Notes: generated from the sequence alone by a model not told the origin. A stretch of 64,000 nt of DNA from Eledone cirrhosa (GCA_964016885.1 OZ024745.1:56048001-56112000), one strand, 5' to 3'; positions 41,050 through 56,613 are shown, counted from the stretch's first letter. Numbers and translations are program-made.

Positions 41050-42300
41050 TATAGATACAGCAATCATAAACCCATTGTTAGGATACCTGTGTGTGTTTAG
41101 AACTAGGTATTCTCCAAAGTTACAATGCATTAACTAGGAAACTTACCACGCACACTTCGGCTAACATCATTATTGAATAGAATAAATATGCTCGCAAAAT
41201 TCTGTTCAGAATTGTATATTGTGTCACATATAAATCGGTTACTTCTGAGTTTCTGAACTTTTCCTAATGATCTGTCAATCATGCCACACTGATATGGAGC
41301 ATAAAAATTAATTTCATGAATTTTGAATAAAAATTTTTCATGATTTTTATGGTAACGCGTAAATAAAATGAGATGTATTGTCATCGTGACAATTCAATAT
41401 TTTACTGCTTGTAAAGTGATAGGAATTTATTTCAGGGATATTTAGGTGCTTTTTCGGTTGAGCTTTTTAAGCATATCTCTTCAGTTTTTAAGCATATCTC
41501 TTCACGTCCAACCTCATTTGTATGGGGATTTCAAATCATCGATATACTACACAGAGGTACATTAAATATATTATATTCGATAGTGAACATGTATCACATT
41601 GATAAATGCTTTATCACACGTGGTATACTGTCTGTTCTGACTTTAAGCATTTATATGTGAAACACCACTCAATATTAAACATTGTAACTTACCAAAGATG
41701 TTTTCACATTTGCTGATTAATGAGTGTTTTCCATATAATTTTAAATCATATACTTATTTACCAAAATGGTTTTACACGACCGTCTAAGATCATTGCGTCA
41801 AAGTATCTGTGAAATATGGGACATGCCCGCTTCACTATTGAAATTTGCTCCATTCAACTTCACACCTAAATTGTAGTGAATATCCCTTTGCCATATCGAG
41901 ATATGATCCTGCTTAAAATATTCAGCCTGTTAATTTGCATGCGATCAGCATTTCATGTCTGATCACTAGAACCGATTTTCAGATATTATTAAAATCATTT
42001 AAAGCTTTGTGCTGCTAAAGTAACGATATAGACGATAAAAGAATATTACCCGAGTATTGTGAACCGCTATTTTTGCATTTATATTCAAGTAAAATATTAT
42101 TGTTGACGCCAACACCGTCATCGTTGTTCTTTACCTACAGTTCAAATCTAGCTAAACATTCAATCTATGGATATTTTGTAATTTAGTCGAGCATTACATA
42201 AGAGTGACTGTCTCCTCGTGGTCAGTGTTGTATTTGAAAGGACTTATTCGAAAAGGAATCCACATGACGTATGACACCATACCTTCTACAACATTGAATC
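41050..42300 (-). mobile_element. Heavily decayed CR1/L2-like LINE remnant
   Basis: Fragments GFLSNKS, KAF and APYQCGMIDRSLGKVQK resemble CR1/L2 RT motifs (QHGF..., PxxxxxIxxLExVQR). Confidence 0.45.
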
Positions 42301-43939
42301 AATCGATATCGCTTACTTGCAGTGATAGCTTTTGGATTGTTTAGGTTGTTAACTGTTTAAACTATTGTTATTACCTCCCAAAATGGCTTTCACATACAAC
42401 AATATTGAAAGGCCTGTACTGCATCGCAGTTAAACGCGTTAACATGACCGTGGAATTGTGTTAAATTAACACACTAATATACGTGGATTAGATTGTTGTT
42501 ACAGTCTATGTGTATGTAAGGTGTACAATATTTCGAGGAAACCACACCGACAATAAAGCAATTTTTGATATTTTACTACCCAACTCACATATATTGAAAC
42601 AAAATAGATTATGATTTGCTGGGTAATGAGGGGGAAAGATGCACTAGTGTTTTAGATATATTCGTTAGTTTCTAAATAAACGTTTTGAGTTTACTGCAGA
42701 TGTCATCGTCAACAATTCAATATATTAATTGTGAGGCCTCCGGGTAGTAAAGTAGGATTATAAGCTGCTCGTGAGTAGAGTTTTGAGCTTTCTTCGACAC
42801 AGCTCACCAACTGATGTTCAGGATATACCTTTTATATCTATATAGTTGGGGTCACGCTCAGAGAAAAACTTTATACTCTGCTAACAAGCTCTAATAAAAC
42901 CGAAATATGTCCAAAGCTGCTACGTACTTTCTAGAGATATGATTAAATCAATATTATTCCTCGTAATTTTTCCTCGTTGCATGCACAATTGAAATTCTAA
43001 TTAATTAAAACGTCATAGTTGTCACCGGTTCACCTTCAATAAATTTGTTTAACTTCAGTCTATGTTTCCCTCTTTGCCACTTCAAAGCTCACTTTAATCA
43101 ACTGAATTTTTTCTCCACGTTAATTATGTTCTTTGTAGTGAGTATGCGTTGTGGCCGGATACATTCTCCCGTCCTTCATCGTCCTCATAATTATAATAGT
43201 TATTATTATTAATATCATCACTTTGTTTGATACTGCATTATTCAACTGCATAAATACGGATTGATAAAATATAATACCACAATGTCATAAACCGGATGAA
43301 CATTTTCCCTGTTTCCGTTTAGTTATCGAAATATCTATGCAATGGCTTTCTCTCTATTTCTCTTTCTCATTCTTTCATTTCTCATCCCTTGATTTCATTC
43401 CCATCTCTCTTCCCACCTCTTTCTTGTCCCATCTCTCCTTCTTTCTCTTTCGCCTCTCTCTCTTTCTCCTCTCTTTCTTTGCTTCTCGGTTTATGTATTA
43501 TTCCTCTTCTTTAAATCTTTCTATCCGACATTTGCTTGTTTCACTTTCTTAAACAATATTGATGTATTCATGGATAAATGTATCATTGACAACATATTAT
43601 GAATTCATATATATCTTTTATAATACATAGAGGTATATATCAATGGATCTCTGATCAGCAAATGCGCGAAAGATATCAGTGTATAAGCCCAGCGGTGTGT
43701 AGAACATGCCTTACCTCTTGTTATCCTTTGATATTTCTAGAGGTCAATTACACGACGATTCTTAGTCAACCTACGTAACAATACGTTCAAATCTCATATC
43801 TAATCAGTTCAATGAATATTCGCATTCCACTTGTGTAAGCCTGTACAGCCAGTTTGCAGCCAGAATGGTGGATACATTTTAAACACCAATGTCATTGAGT
43901 CCTTAGCAATCTGGATACAGACAAGTGGTGAATAATTGT

Positions 43940-46240
43940 TTTAGTTTAAACGTTACCAATTCTAGATCGATCTTTGATTGGAAACGACTAAGAAAACTTT
44001 GGATGGAGTTGGAGGCTTACAATGAGACATAATTGGACCGAGTTAAATGAGTTATTGAATATATTATGATGAAATAAAAGTCGAAATAAACCTGCGCGTG
44101 GATGAAATATGAAATCCAAAATATAAACGTAGTTCTGATAAATGCGAAACGGACTAATCATATGTTTATAATATGCAGGACGTAGAGTCTTCCCTACTTT
44201 CCAAATTTATTATCTGAAAATTTCAAACATACGAAGCAACGCTATCATGGAGCTGAGAAATGATCGTCCTATTTAAACACCCCAGTATTATTACGCGAAA
44301 ATATTATTTTGACTTTAACGCAAAAAAGGAAAATGAGAATAGAAAAATATATAGCGAAGGAATCGCGATGCGAAACATGGATTAGTCCAATGAATTTAAA
44401 GACAACAACGGATACTGAGTTTCCATCATCTAATAACCTGAAGGCATTCATCAACTGTTCTTTTTGATAAAGAAAATAGATAGAGGAATTCAATTTAGAC
44501 AGTTTTCCTCCTTCATAACGTATTTTATCTTGCATGTGACAGTATTCAACAACGTAATTCCCAACAAGAATCACCGAATGAAGAGCACAAGATATATTAA
44601 CAGGAAAAGGGAACGAACAAGCCTAAGAGATTCAAGCAATGTTGGCAAAAACTAAGTAAACTTGGCAGACAAGAAGCTGAATTTATGCCTTAACCTGATT
44701 TATCCTTTCCGAAAATTATGACAGAGAACATGAATGGCCTCAACTGTTAGAGCAACCACACACAAGTCAAAATTCAAGAATATTCAAATGAAATATATCG
44801 ATAGCACTAAAGGACTATTGACAATCCTATACAGGTTAAATGAAATTGATTGTAATCAGAATCATTTGACATTTTCGCAAAGACAGCTAAGAACGTAGAA
44901 TAAAGGATGAAATTGTCAGAAGTAACGAGGGATTGTGTAGTAATCTCAATTGTAACCAAATGTACTTATGGGAAACGCTAGGAAGTAAAATGTTCACTTA
45001 ACAGATGGTATGTGGGAAATTCTCACTTCCATACCAACAGATAGGTTATTTAATATAGAGAATGTCGAAACTGTATGAAAATATAATGATCACAATATCC
45101 GAAAAGGTAGAGAAGTGAGATTTCAAAAGCTCTTACTGGTAAATATGCAGTAGCTACTTTAAGCGCATGTTTATGTAGAACTAGCCACGTCAGAAGAAAG
45201 TCTTTTTACATAGCGGCTGTACTACATATGACCATTTACACAACAATTAGTAGCAAAAGATCAAGAATACAATCTACTATTGGACATGATATTCAATAGG
45301 CACCACCAGGTTTGGTATGGGCACACTTAATAGTTAATCGTTGGAAAACCAAGCTATCGCAGTAATTTATATCCACCCTCTAAATGTTACTTTTACTTAT
45401 AATGTGACTATTCCTAGATTAACAGATTAGGAAAAGAGTTACATCAATTTACGCAAAATTTTCTGAACGGATGTGCAAAATTTCTCCAGAAACCTATACT
45501 AAAAGAATCAGAAATACACATCAATGAATGTAACCTACACCATCCCAGATTCACTTTATTCAAAGCAAACAATCTAGAGTAGATATAGAAATGTTGAGGG
45601 AAAGATGCACCTGAAGCAATACATAAAGAATTAAAGTGGACAACAGGAAAACGAAAATAATAATAAATGATCAAATGACACAAATAATATTTAAATAACG
45701 AAAAGGTACAAATTAATATTGAAATGGGAAATAACAAAAACATAACAAACAGAAAGCTACAATATAAAGACATCGAATAAGCAAAAAAGAAAAGTATAAA
45801 GGCATAGAAACGGAAGTGGATTAATTTAAAACGATCAACGTCATTAAAACATTAAACCTCCAAGATTCAAACGAAATGTATGCTAAAAACAAGTATTTAT
45901 CTAAAGAACAAAGACATGTAACGAACAGCAGATATGATATAAAGATGTAAATATGAATTTGCCAACACAATAAAGGAATATAAATGTTTGGCATAAACAT
46001 AAAGAAGGAATAATAAATGCATGGGTAGATGACATCCTTAAATATTTACGCTTTCAAGATATGGGCCATGATCTGGATATACGTAGAAACATAGCCGAAC
46101 CAAGCATTACATGCTATTTTAGTTTCTGACACAACGTCGCAAACCAGCAGGTCCAGGAATGGGACCCACATAAGAAAAACGGTTTAAAGAAATCTGCGAG
46201 GAAACTGAATATATAGAGGATAAAATCAATGTGGGTGCAG
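43940..46240 (+). mobile_element. Heavily decayed near-full-length RTE-like LINE
   Basis: In order: NSRSIFDWKRLRKLWMELE..DIIG.S.M (APE endonuclease N-terminus), DHLH..QQLVAKDQEYNLLLDMIF (RT), QVQEWDPHKK (C-terminal EW.P motif). Confidence 0.55.
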
Positions 46241-48430
46241 AGAAATTCTTAATAGACGCCCGATGCTCGATATAAGTCAAGAGACTGGGGCACAAGAAAT
46301 CTAATCTATATCCCTACGTCTTCTCGAATGAATAGACGATCACTGGAACATTAGTAAGATCAAGAAAGTGGCATTCATCTAGCGTTGGATTAACAAGGAT
46401 TGGCAGCAACATATATATGTGTGTGTGTATAAAGAGAAAAAGAGACATGCGTGGGGGGGGGGGGCAGAAGGCACTGAGTTTGTATGTGTGTGTGTTTGAA
46501 CCAGTCATATATAGAGGAATATGTCTCGATGTCATCTCAAGATTTTCCCGTTGTGCTAGTTGCATTAATATAAATTACTTTTTACTACATTAATAAAATC
46601 GATGGTAATTGAAACTTGCCCTTATTTAGTAGTCATCCCGGGCTATAAATTATTCCTCTAATTGCCTTTAATCATCATTCATTAAATAGCTTCGTTTTCT
46701 TAAGTCTCTCTTTAATCGTACTTTGAAAACCAAATACTTTAGAAATCTGTTCATACAATGGCAACACTATACAATTAAGGAAACCACTCGTGGAGTTTAT
46801 ATCGTTTCTTTTATATTTAAGTATTTCAGTTGAAATTATATTTATTGATTAATTTATATTTACTATCGTGCAGCGCGTAACTGCACTTTAGGTGTTATAA
46901 ATCCGAGCCTCTGTATTACCATTTAACCTATATATTCTTCCATCTTTATTGAATATTATAAAGTCGAACATTCATTTCTAAGCTAATTAACGCTTATGGT
47001 CGTGAGTCGAAAACTGAAATACATAAACTTTGTGACGCCTATGCCTTCATGAAATACGTTGATGAATTACAATTTTCTAAGTGCTGCTCTACACTCTCAG
47101 AAAATGTCGATTGGTTGAATCAACACAATTTTTGGCACTCGTTGAAAGTTTCACTTGTTCGTAACTGTGTCTGACCTAAGAGCGGTCTCCATCAGTAAAC
47201 ATTTATTAACGCAATACATTAAAGAACTTTGGAGCAGAGCGGCATTCTTATATAAAGGAGGTATACAAGCAAAAATATTGCAAATATATTTTGATCATCA
47301 CGGAATTGGATTTTGAATAAATTTTAGACATTAAACAAAAGAATTTTCGTTATATTTTAATCTATATATTAAATCAATATTTTCACATTTTTTAGAGGGG
47401 GTTTGTGTATATTCATCACAGAGAGTGTAAATACCGTAGCATAAAGACGAACAATATCAATAAATAAACCAATAAAACGAAATACCTGACTCAAATGCTG
47501 ACAGGCTAATTTGTAAGTCTCTCAGAAATTGGACATCAAACGCATTATTAGTTCACTAGAGAGAGGTAGAGAAATATTATCTGTGGTGGCATTTTCTGCG
47601 AATGCTCTTTGGTAAACAGCTAGCTTCTGATGTTTTCAGGAAGATTATTAATGTTGTCTTATAGAAAATCAAAGATAAATAACTAATGAAATTTTAACAA
47701 GATGTACAACTGATTAGGTCTCAGTTTATTACCATTAGATGTTTTAGTGCATGTCCTAGTTATACATTCATATATGATATGGATTGGGAGATTGCAGAGA
47801 GCACTTAATATATCTATAGTCGTAATCTTTTGATAGTAAAATTTACTCAGACGTATTCTTCGTTCTATCCCTTTTAATTCAAATATTATCATACTTTAGA
47901 AAATATGATTTAAATATATAAATTGCAACTGAAATGCTCTAGTTTAAATACAATATTTATAAAAGTTTAATCGTTCAAATGGATTATTGTTTATTTTATT
48001 GGTATGTGCTCTAAACATGCATGGATTAATGACTCACATGGATTAATGTTCTACAAAGAGCTAATGAAATGTTTGCTGTTGGATCATGTTGAAATTCGGG
48101 TTATATCATCACTATTAATAACATGAAAAGGTGCAGGAATACATATATCCTTCGGAAGGATTGTACGGGCTAAAGAGTAAATATTTTAGTCTTCAATTAA
48201 TTATAAACCAATAATCAACAGATCCTGGGCAGTTAGCCCTTATCAGAAGCGAGCCTATAAGAGTAATCTAAAAATATCGTTTTACTACTACAATTTCAAG
48301 TCGATATTGTATTTCCTCGTGTTCGAATTAGGCTTGCTGCAAACTTGTCAGTGGCATGTATGTATGTACGTATGTATGTATGTATGTATGTATGTATGTA
48401 TGTATGTATGTATGTATGTATGTATGTATG

Positions 48431-49146
48431 CATGGTCGGGTCGTTGGCGACTAAACTGGCAACCCCACCAAGGTTTCTTGGTGAGGAGGGTGACTTTGGA
48501 CATGCTGCAGGACTAAAAACAAAACCTGTCAAAGGGCAAAGGAGCTCTTAAGAGTCAATGGCCATCCAAAATCACCGGGAGAGATGACCCCTTAGCCTTT
48601 GTCAAGGCAGAATTCTAGGAGAAGGAAAACTCTGATATAACACCTGCAACCCTGATGGTATCCAATGATGTTGACTTGTTCTTCTTTTTGGTAAATATCA
48701 TCTTGGTTAAGAGAGTGGGACTGGCTTTGTGCAGTGCCTTTGCTCACTATAAAAGCTTCACGGCACAGGCATTGCTTTATATCTGGAGATCTCTCTGCAC
48801 TTGTCGTCACCTGGTACCATGGGCCCAGCACTATGTGTCAGTAATTGTCACAAGTGTAGTGTTTGTACCAGAGTTTTCAAGTCGCTGGCTGGACTAAAAA
48901 GTCACACTCGTTCAGCGCATCGGTAGGGGTTCTCCTACATGGATATAAAGTAGTGGCCGTACTCGAAAACGAGTTGGCAGCCACCATGTATGTATGTATG
49001 AGAGTGGGGTTGGCTCATTGCGCAGTCTTCCAACACTTTAAATAATATCTTCACTCATAGGCATTGCACCATAGAATTAAGTAATAATTATTAATAATGG
49101 TATATCGTGCAATGGCCATACTCGATAACGAGGGGACAGCCATCAT
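48431..49146 (+). mobile_element. (ATGT)n-nested element, copy 2, with a second tandem 3' fragment
   Basis: Homologous to 26676-27218; preceded by a long (ATGT)n. 49000-49146 matches 27077-27218. Confidence 0.8.
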
Positions 49147-50788
49147 GCGTGCATATATATGTATGCGCGTGTGTATATATGTGTATATCTTTAGTTTGGT
49201 ATTAGAAACTTGATAAGAGTACGATAGTTTAAAACGTACTAAAAGATTAGTTATAATATCATAGGTTTGAAGAGCGTGCCTGTTCTGAATCGTGATACAG
49301 GGAAAGTTAGGACAGAATATAGAATGCTACATAATTAACGGTATCTTAGAATGAGAGAGAAACGATTATAAAAACAACTTATAAAGACCAGAATGCCGCA
49401 CAATATATCCTGCCAGACACATGCACAAACAATAAATAATAGAATTCCAATACTTGATTTTTGCTTCCGTCTGAGATTTATTTTAAGAACGTTTGTAAAA
49501 AAATTCGAAATGCATTACACACGTGTGCTGGAGGGGGGGGGGGGGTGATTTGCGGGTGCTTGTGAGTTTGCATTTCACTACGTACATCTGCGTATGTAGT
49601 TATGTACAAATTTATTATAGTGTTTTGTTTGGGATTTCTTTTTTTTTACGTCAACTTATATTTGTAAATATAAATATTTCTATATATCAAAAACACATAT
49701 AGTCATCCAGAGAAATGAATTTTGTGTTATCAATAAAGTTGTTTGTCACATTAACAATGTTCAAGGCACGCAACACTGTTTTGTTTATATGAAAAATCCA
49801 TGAAATATTCATAATACATCCCGGAAATTCCTTTTGTCACAGCCCAGAATGGTGACTGTACCATCACTATTATACGTTCTATAATATCTACATGTATATG
49901 GAACTTGAAGGATTAAAGGAAAGAGTACAAATATATTGGCAAATCTTAAGCTGCCAACATTTTCAATAATTTCCATTATTATTCTGCTCGATTTAAAGAG
50001 TCCTGGCGCGTAATCAACAACGAGAGCGTGGATTAAACATGATAAATTTACATAGAAATGTGTGACTAGATTAACCTTTGCACATCCAGTAACAAACATG
50101 ATGACGTGTGCCATATGCGCATCTAAATAAAAAAATATTTTATCTTCATAATTAGAAAAGCTAGATCAATTTCATTTCATATAGTCACTAAATATACTAA
50201 CGGTACTTGACAATAACGTGTAAGCTTCTTTCCTTTAATCTTACAGTGTTATTTCTCTCGTGTGTGCTACTTATATTCTGCTAATACAGGTTGGGTCGTC
50301 GGGCACTAAACTAGTAACGCAATCAAAGATCTTTGATGAGGTTCGTTGCAAGAAACCCACCAGGTGAGAAACAAAACACCTACCAAAGTGTAAAAGATAA
50401 ATTATATACACATTTTTTTTTCGTCACCTTCGTGTGTGTTGTGCATTTATAGGTATGTTATAAAAGACAATTTGACTTTAAAATAAAACAATAAACCTCT
50501 GGAGCACTCATGAGTTGCTAGGACTGGATTGGAAAGTGAATTTAAAAAAAGAAAATAATGATTTGGAAAGCTACAAAATATTGTCTCTTGAGTAGTTGCA
50601 GAAATATGATGAAACATATGACGACAGTAGAGTCTCATAAATCAAATGCATTTTAAACATTGAAAGTAATATTTTAAAAGGAAAATAACAATTGCCTCAC
50701 TTTCCTGAAATATGAAAATAACATTTCAAAAGATGTTGTACTTATTTAGCACAAACACACACACCACACATACTCCTAGATATATATG

Positions 50789-50908
<120 letters not shown>

Positions 50909-52344
50909 TGTGTGTGTGTACGTGTGTGTGTATGTGTGCGTACTTGTGTGTGTGTGTGTGAGTATGATATTAGTTTTTGATATAGGCTTTAAGGTCAAAA
51001 TACTTCCCAATATATACATTAAATAGATTACACGCTGCCCTTTGGTGCGTGCATTTACGAGCTCATTTCAGATAAACGAGACACTCAAATCTTGTTTAAC
51101 TTTAAACTTATCAATTGCAATATATTTCATTTTATATCAATCCAAAATGCAAATACCGCCTCTTTATATACACGCGCCTAATATAGATGCATTGTTTGGA
51201 AATAATGCATTTGAAACACGCCTTGTGAATGTTCAATGCATTATCATAAAACGAAACATTAGGCATGCAGACAAATATTTGTGAGTATAAATTGACATAT
51301 ATAAGTAAAATATTTGTTTTAACCTGTATGTGTTTGCACGGGTATTACATGCGTTGAATTCTTCGTTCACAAATATAGAACTACATGATAATGATAACTT
51401 TTAATTTGCCAGTAAACTTTAGAATGGAAAGGTTCAGAATAAGCATTTTACGAACACAATCATCTATACAGTGTATTAAGACACGTCCATTTTAAAGAAG
51501 AGCCATCGCATTATAATTTTAAATAAAGACATATATTGTAAATAAATATATTAAGATTATGATATTTACTCCGAATAGCATCAATACAACTCTATTATCA
51601 TACTAATACAATTTAGAAATACGCTTTTAAAATATACTAATAAAATATATGGATGGATGAAATATTATATATGCGATCCGGGTTATACAGGTTGTGTATG
51701 ATTGATGATTTATGTCAATACAATACAACACTTTTCGGAAATCATAATAAATTCCAAATCATTCCATATTTCTTTCAACCTGTATTCTAATCGAATTTCC
51801 CGAAATGTCTTAGATTGTAGTAATTTAATGTGATCCACTATACGATAATCTACGTATGGTTTAGATAAATGAGATAAAGTCAGATGTTGCGCAGAAATAA
51901 AAGACATTATTCTAATTGTTTAGATATGAGTTCGACTCTATGAAAGAAGGAAAAATCCTTTATCCAAGTCCTTTTGTCTCTATAATGTATAACTTGCCAA
52001 TGAATCATTTACATTAAATGTAGGGTTTCATGAATACTGCTATCTACTATTTTCAAACGACCGGGACTTTTAAGGATATGTGTAGAACTAATGGAATGAC
52101 AATAGTGGTATAAAATTATAAATAGTTTATGAATGAAGTGCATCTATCACATTCCCGGGAAACACACAGTGAATCAGTGAATTTTATAAACATTAATTCC
52201 ATCTACTGTAACAGTACAAACTAAGCAGGAGGGAACAATAGACTAATGCATAAATCATATTTGGTATATGCTCTATGAGAGCAGTGCAAGTCATATTATC
52301 ATGAGTGATTAATGAGAGAATTCTGGCAATGCTAATATGCTGCC

Positions 52345-52405
<61 letters not shown>

Positions 52406-54299
52406 CATAAACCGATCTATTTTTTATATCCAGCGATAATTTATATCCCAGTGAACAGCCAAAAATTCGTTTTTTTTAGATAAGACTGAGTATATAAACA
52501 TGAAACTTTTACTGCTTTTCACTTGAAGATTTCATATATATATATACAAAGAGCCATTATACACTCACATGTATATATATATTCTGTACAAATCATGTTA
52601 TATAAGACTAAATATACATGTAAATTTGCATTACACAATACGAAGAATTTAGTTCCTACAAAATGAATTATTATTTGTTTTGGTTTGATTTTTTAACAGG
52701 AGACTTTGCTGTAATAATCAGGTTTATCTGATTTGTTATTGTACTAATCGATTTCGTGATAGGTAGCTTTTTTTAAATTTATATTTGTGCTAGTCATGTA
52801 ATTTTCTTTTATCAGGTATCTTTACGTGCCACTTACATTTTTGCAGGTGTTGAATATTTTCAACATATTGTGATATGTCGCTTATGTTCTCATAACAAAC
52901 AATTCAACTCAATTTCAGTAAGACATGAATTTAGATCTATATGTTTGCTGACGTACATCGAGTTTAATTCTGGTTTGTATTTTGCTATAAAAAAAATGTT
53001 TTCTTATTGACGTATTGCTGTCTTGTCAAATTGCTACATTCATAGAACGGAAAATCTTTGAAAATTTGACAATTTTCATCCTCCGCACCTCAGTATATAT
53101 TGTTTTCGTGTACCCTACAGTCGGTGTTTTCGATTACATTATACAGTAGATTGTTTAGCATCACTATATTACTTTGTATAAAGCTCTGAATGTGTTTGGG
53201 GAGAGGTTCAGCAAGATGAAGTTAATTCCTTGATGTTTCTCACAAGTTGGGCTTATCATAACGTGTCAGTTTTAAATCAATTGGAGAGGATATATTTACA
53301 CAATTGGGTTTCCACTTTTTCGCCTTCCTCATTAACTATTGTATTTGGCGGTACGGGAGTTACGTGTTTTACCTCCAAAATTATAAATATAGTCTAATTC
53401 TTTATCTCTTAAAATAACTCTGACATGTATATATTGAATCAGTAATTATTATCACTTTATGAAGTTTTTAGTTATGGTTTATTTCAAATAGGGGGAAATT
53501 TGTGCCTTTAACAATTTTTTTAGTATCTTAAAAATAGTATATATATTTAAACTAGCTTTTTTACCTTAATCTACCATCTTCCGAAACAAGGTTCACCTTA
53601 AATTCATGGCAATGCTCTTGATTACTTTTCTCTTATTCCAGCTGTACCTGATCCTTGATCTTCAGTAACAGGGTGCCCATTAATTGGTATTTATATATTT
53701 CTTATCATGTATTTTTCGCAATGTATCTGAGTATCAAGCGGTTCTTGATCTTATAACATGTATATCCTAAGTAATTGGTTGCTGCTGCAATGTTTTTTAA
53801 TAATAATATCATCAATTTTGTCAGCAGATGCACTGAGATTATTTATCAATTCCTGGAAAAAATGCGGCGGGCGTATAAAGATAAATTGAGTAATGTCAGC
53901 AAATTCATTTACCTTTTGCTGGCTCTATTTCTTTTTAATTCTTGAAGACATTGGCCTGATCAAAAGCGCTTACATCCCTACCTACCTGTCATCATTTGGT
54001 ATTAAAAATTATTATGGCAAAGTGATTGAACGTTAAAATATCTAGTGACAATTATGTGTGTTTGAGGCTGTTGTTTTTAGGAACAATTGGCTCCCGATAA
54101 CCCAAACTATTCACACATTTTCCCGGTTTCCCGACAGACCCATCATCATGACGTTGTTGCACAAACATCCTCCTCTAAAGAGTTAGAATTTAGGCTGCAT
54201 CCAGATCCGTTTTCACATCTGTCTATTTCTTCAAAGAAATCACGGCAAAGTTCTAACTCGATACTGCCAAAAATATACGTGTAACAACTCGAATGACCA

Positions 54300-54485
54300 T
54301 AATAATTGTTTCTACTTTAGGCACAAGGCCAGCAATTACCCAGTGCATTACTGGTACTTTATTTTATCGACCCCGTAAAGATGAAAGGCAAAGTCAACCT
54401 CGGCGGGATTTGAACTCAGATCGTAAAGGGACGTAACTATGCTGGAAAGCATGGCGTCCGACCCTCTACCGATACTGCCAAATAA
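54300..54485 (-). mobile_element. tRNA-derived SINE (same family as 15263-15455)
   Basis: Reverse complement closely matches the first copy, including the B-box GAGTTCAAATCC. Shorter tail fragments lie at ~31166-31205 and ~28540-28635. Confidence 0.85.
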
Positions 54486-55405
54486 TAGTCGGTCACTATA
54501 AATACTAGTTGAGGAAAGCTGAAACGAAACAGGTGGCGAAAAGAAGTGGACAAAGACACATGCGACCAAATGAACACTGGAGCTGAACATCATAAATGGT
54601 ACAGGTAAGAGAAATATCAGATGAAAAGTGTATAGAGTCGTGATATGCCGTCTATCTTGCTGGACAAAAATTGCCAGGGTGAATTAATAGCGGGCTAGTT
54701 TAAAATCCTTTAAGAGAGCCAGAATTGAGATGGCGAGCTGTTTCGCATTTATAGGCTGAGATATACCTCATGCTACACTTGGTAAAGTTTGCGTGTCTGG
54801 ATCCGAAATTAATGAATATTAATATAATACAAAAATATGTCGAAACAAGGATAGAAAGAAGAGACACACGGGATTCATAAATGATGTTTTATTGCATTAT
54901 TTTGCGTTAAAATTTGACATATTTTAGTTATATTGTTGTATAATTGTATTTGGTAGCATTGCGTTTATTAATTTTCATCATTTTTTATTGAATATGTTCA
55001 CCAGTCTCAATCACTTTAGATATCTTATCTGCATTGTACTATGCATTTTGTAAATTTCACACCATCTTGTAATGTGGTTCTAAAAGATTATTAGTAATGT
55101 GAAATTCGAGTCACGCGAGTTCTTTCATTACTCCTGAAGCTATATTAGGAGTAGATAAGAGCAACTACAGGAAACACGGGTGTAAATGGCGAAAAATGGA
55201 AAGCGTGAATCAAATATACTGAACGGTTGAACATGTACGGTGAGTTTCCTTCTCTATATTTTTGTCCCGTAAATTTCCAGTTTTGCAAATGTTGATAAAT
55301 ATATTAAATTTCAAACATGAAAGAGTAAATACATATGTCGATAGGATGTACTAATTCCTTCCAGACCGCAACCCGTTATCACTGCAATTTAATGAGCGAA
55401 AGCAT

Positions 55406-55454
<49 letters not shown>

Positions 55455-55496
55455 AAATGAAAATCTGAAGGCAAGGTAAAATTCCAATCATTTTAA

Positions 55497-55558
55497 TCAC
55501 GACACATGTTTCAATAAGAGATAGATCGATCGTAAAGCCATGATCAATCATCAAGTGA
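55497..55558 (-). ncRNA. Degenerate type I hammerhead in a short (TA)n-nested element
   Basis: UCAC-UUGAUGA-...-GAAAC-AUGU-GUC-GUGA. Confidence 0.5.
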
Positions 55559-55627
55559 AAATGAATAGTCTTCAAATATTGCTAACATAAATTTATTGGA
55601 CCGTTTTACACAACCAATAATACACCT

Positions 55628-55702
<75 letters not shown>

Positions 55703-55813
55703 TAATTTAATATATCAACTAACATAGGCGCACAGATGCACGTCCATGCCAGCAAATACACAGGTTATGTCATAGTACCTAGGTGGTTCAATGCAGGAGG
55801 GTGCAGAACAATA

Positions 55814-56448
55814 ATATAAAAGACGTAAAATAAGAAAATATTTTTTTAAAAATTTAAAAAAGTTTTTAAACTTACTTGCTTAAATTTTCACTCCAACTAA
55901 TTAGTTTCTGCAATGGGATAAAGACAGTTACATAATCCAACTGTCGAGAATTCATTGCGTCATCAGGGAGTCTATTCTCAGCTGAGCCTCCAGGCAATGC
56001 GCGGACACTGGCGGCTCATATAAAAATAATAATTCACTGATTTGTCGAGCAAACCTGCCAAAACCACTTCAAAATTTTTTTTGGGGTGTTAGTAGGCGTC
56101 AGTCATCTTACCATCCCATTCCTTCTAACTAGCCTCTATGTCACGTGATTGATTCTTTAGAATCGGCCATTTGACTGGAAGCAGTGAGAATTTCAGTACA
56201 TAGAATCCAGTCCTCGCCTAGCTGTTCTTTCTACCGAATTATTATTTTTATATGAGCCGCCAGTGTCCGCGCATTGCCTGGAGGCTCAGCTGAGAATAGA
56301 CTCCCTGATGACGCAATGAATTCTCGACAGTTGGATTATGTAACTGCCTTTATCCCATTGCAGAAACTAATTAGTTGGAGTGAAAATTTAAGTAAGTAAG
56401 TTAAAAAAAATTTTTTTAATTTTTAAAAAAATATTTTCTTATTTTACG

Positions 56449-56457
<9 letters not shown>
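55814..56457. mobile_element. Fold-back element with ~220-bp inverted arms, each with an intact hammerhead
   Basis: 55814-56035 is the reverse complement of 56236-56457, with a 200-bp spacer; right end in (TA)n. Confidence 0.9.
56300..56381 (+). ncRNA. Type I hammerhead ribozyme (mirror copy at 55890-55971, minus strand)
   Basis: ACUCC-CUGAUGA-CGCAAUG...CAUUGCA-GAAAC-UAAUUA-GUU-GGAGU: 5-bp stem I, extended stem II, palindromic stem III. Confidence 0.8.
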
Positions 56458-56517
<60 letters not shown>

Positions 56518-56559
56518 CGAAACATAAGTCAATTGCATGAACACATAATCCTTTATTTA

Positions 56560-56613
56560 CTGCTATATATATTTCCATGATAGCCATTGAATGACTATGA
56601 CCTCATCGGGCAG
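56560..56613 (-). ncRNA. Type I hammerhead motif (core CCGAUGA)
   Basis: CUGC-CCGAUGA-GGUCAUAGUCAUU-C-AAUGGCUAUCAUG-GAAA-UAUAUAUA-GCAG. Confidence 0.55.

Noticed and set aside
49809-50114. 101-aa ORF as a host exon; likewise 28310-28696 and 37963-38259
   Set aside because: No recognisable domain or consistent splice structure; 28310-28696 overlaps a SINE fragment.
53500-54250. Possible further PLE RT remnant (SADK motif, minus strand)
   Set aside because: Too decayed to support beyond one short motif.
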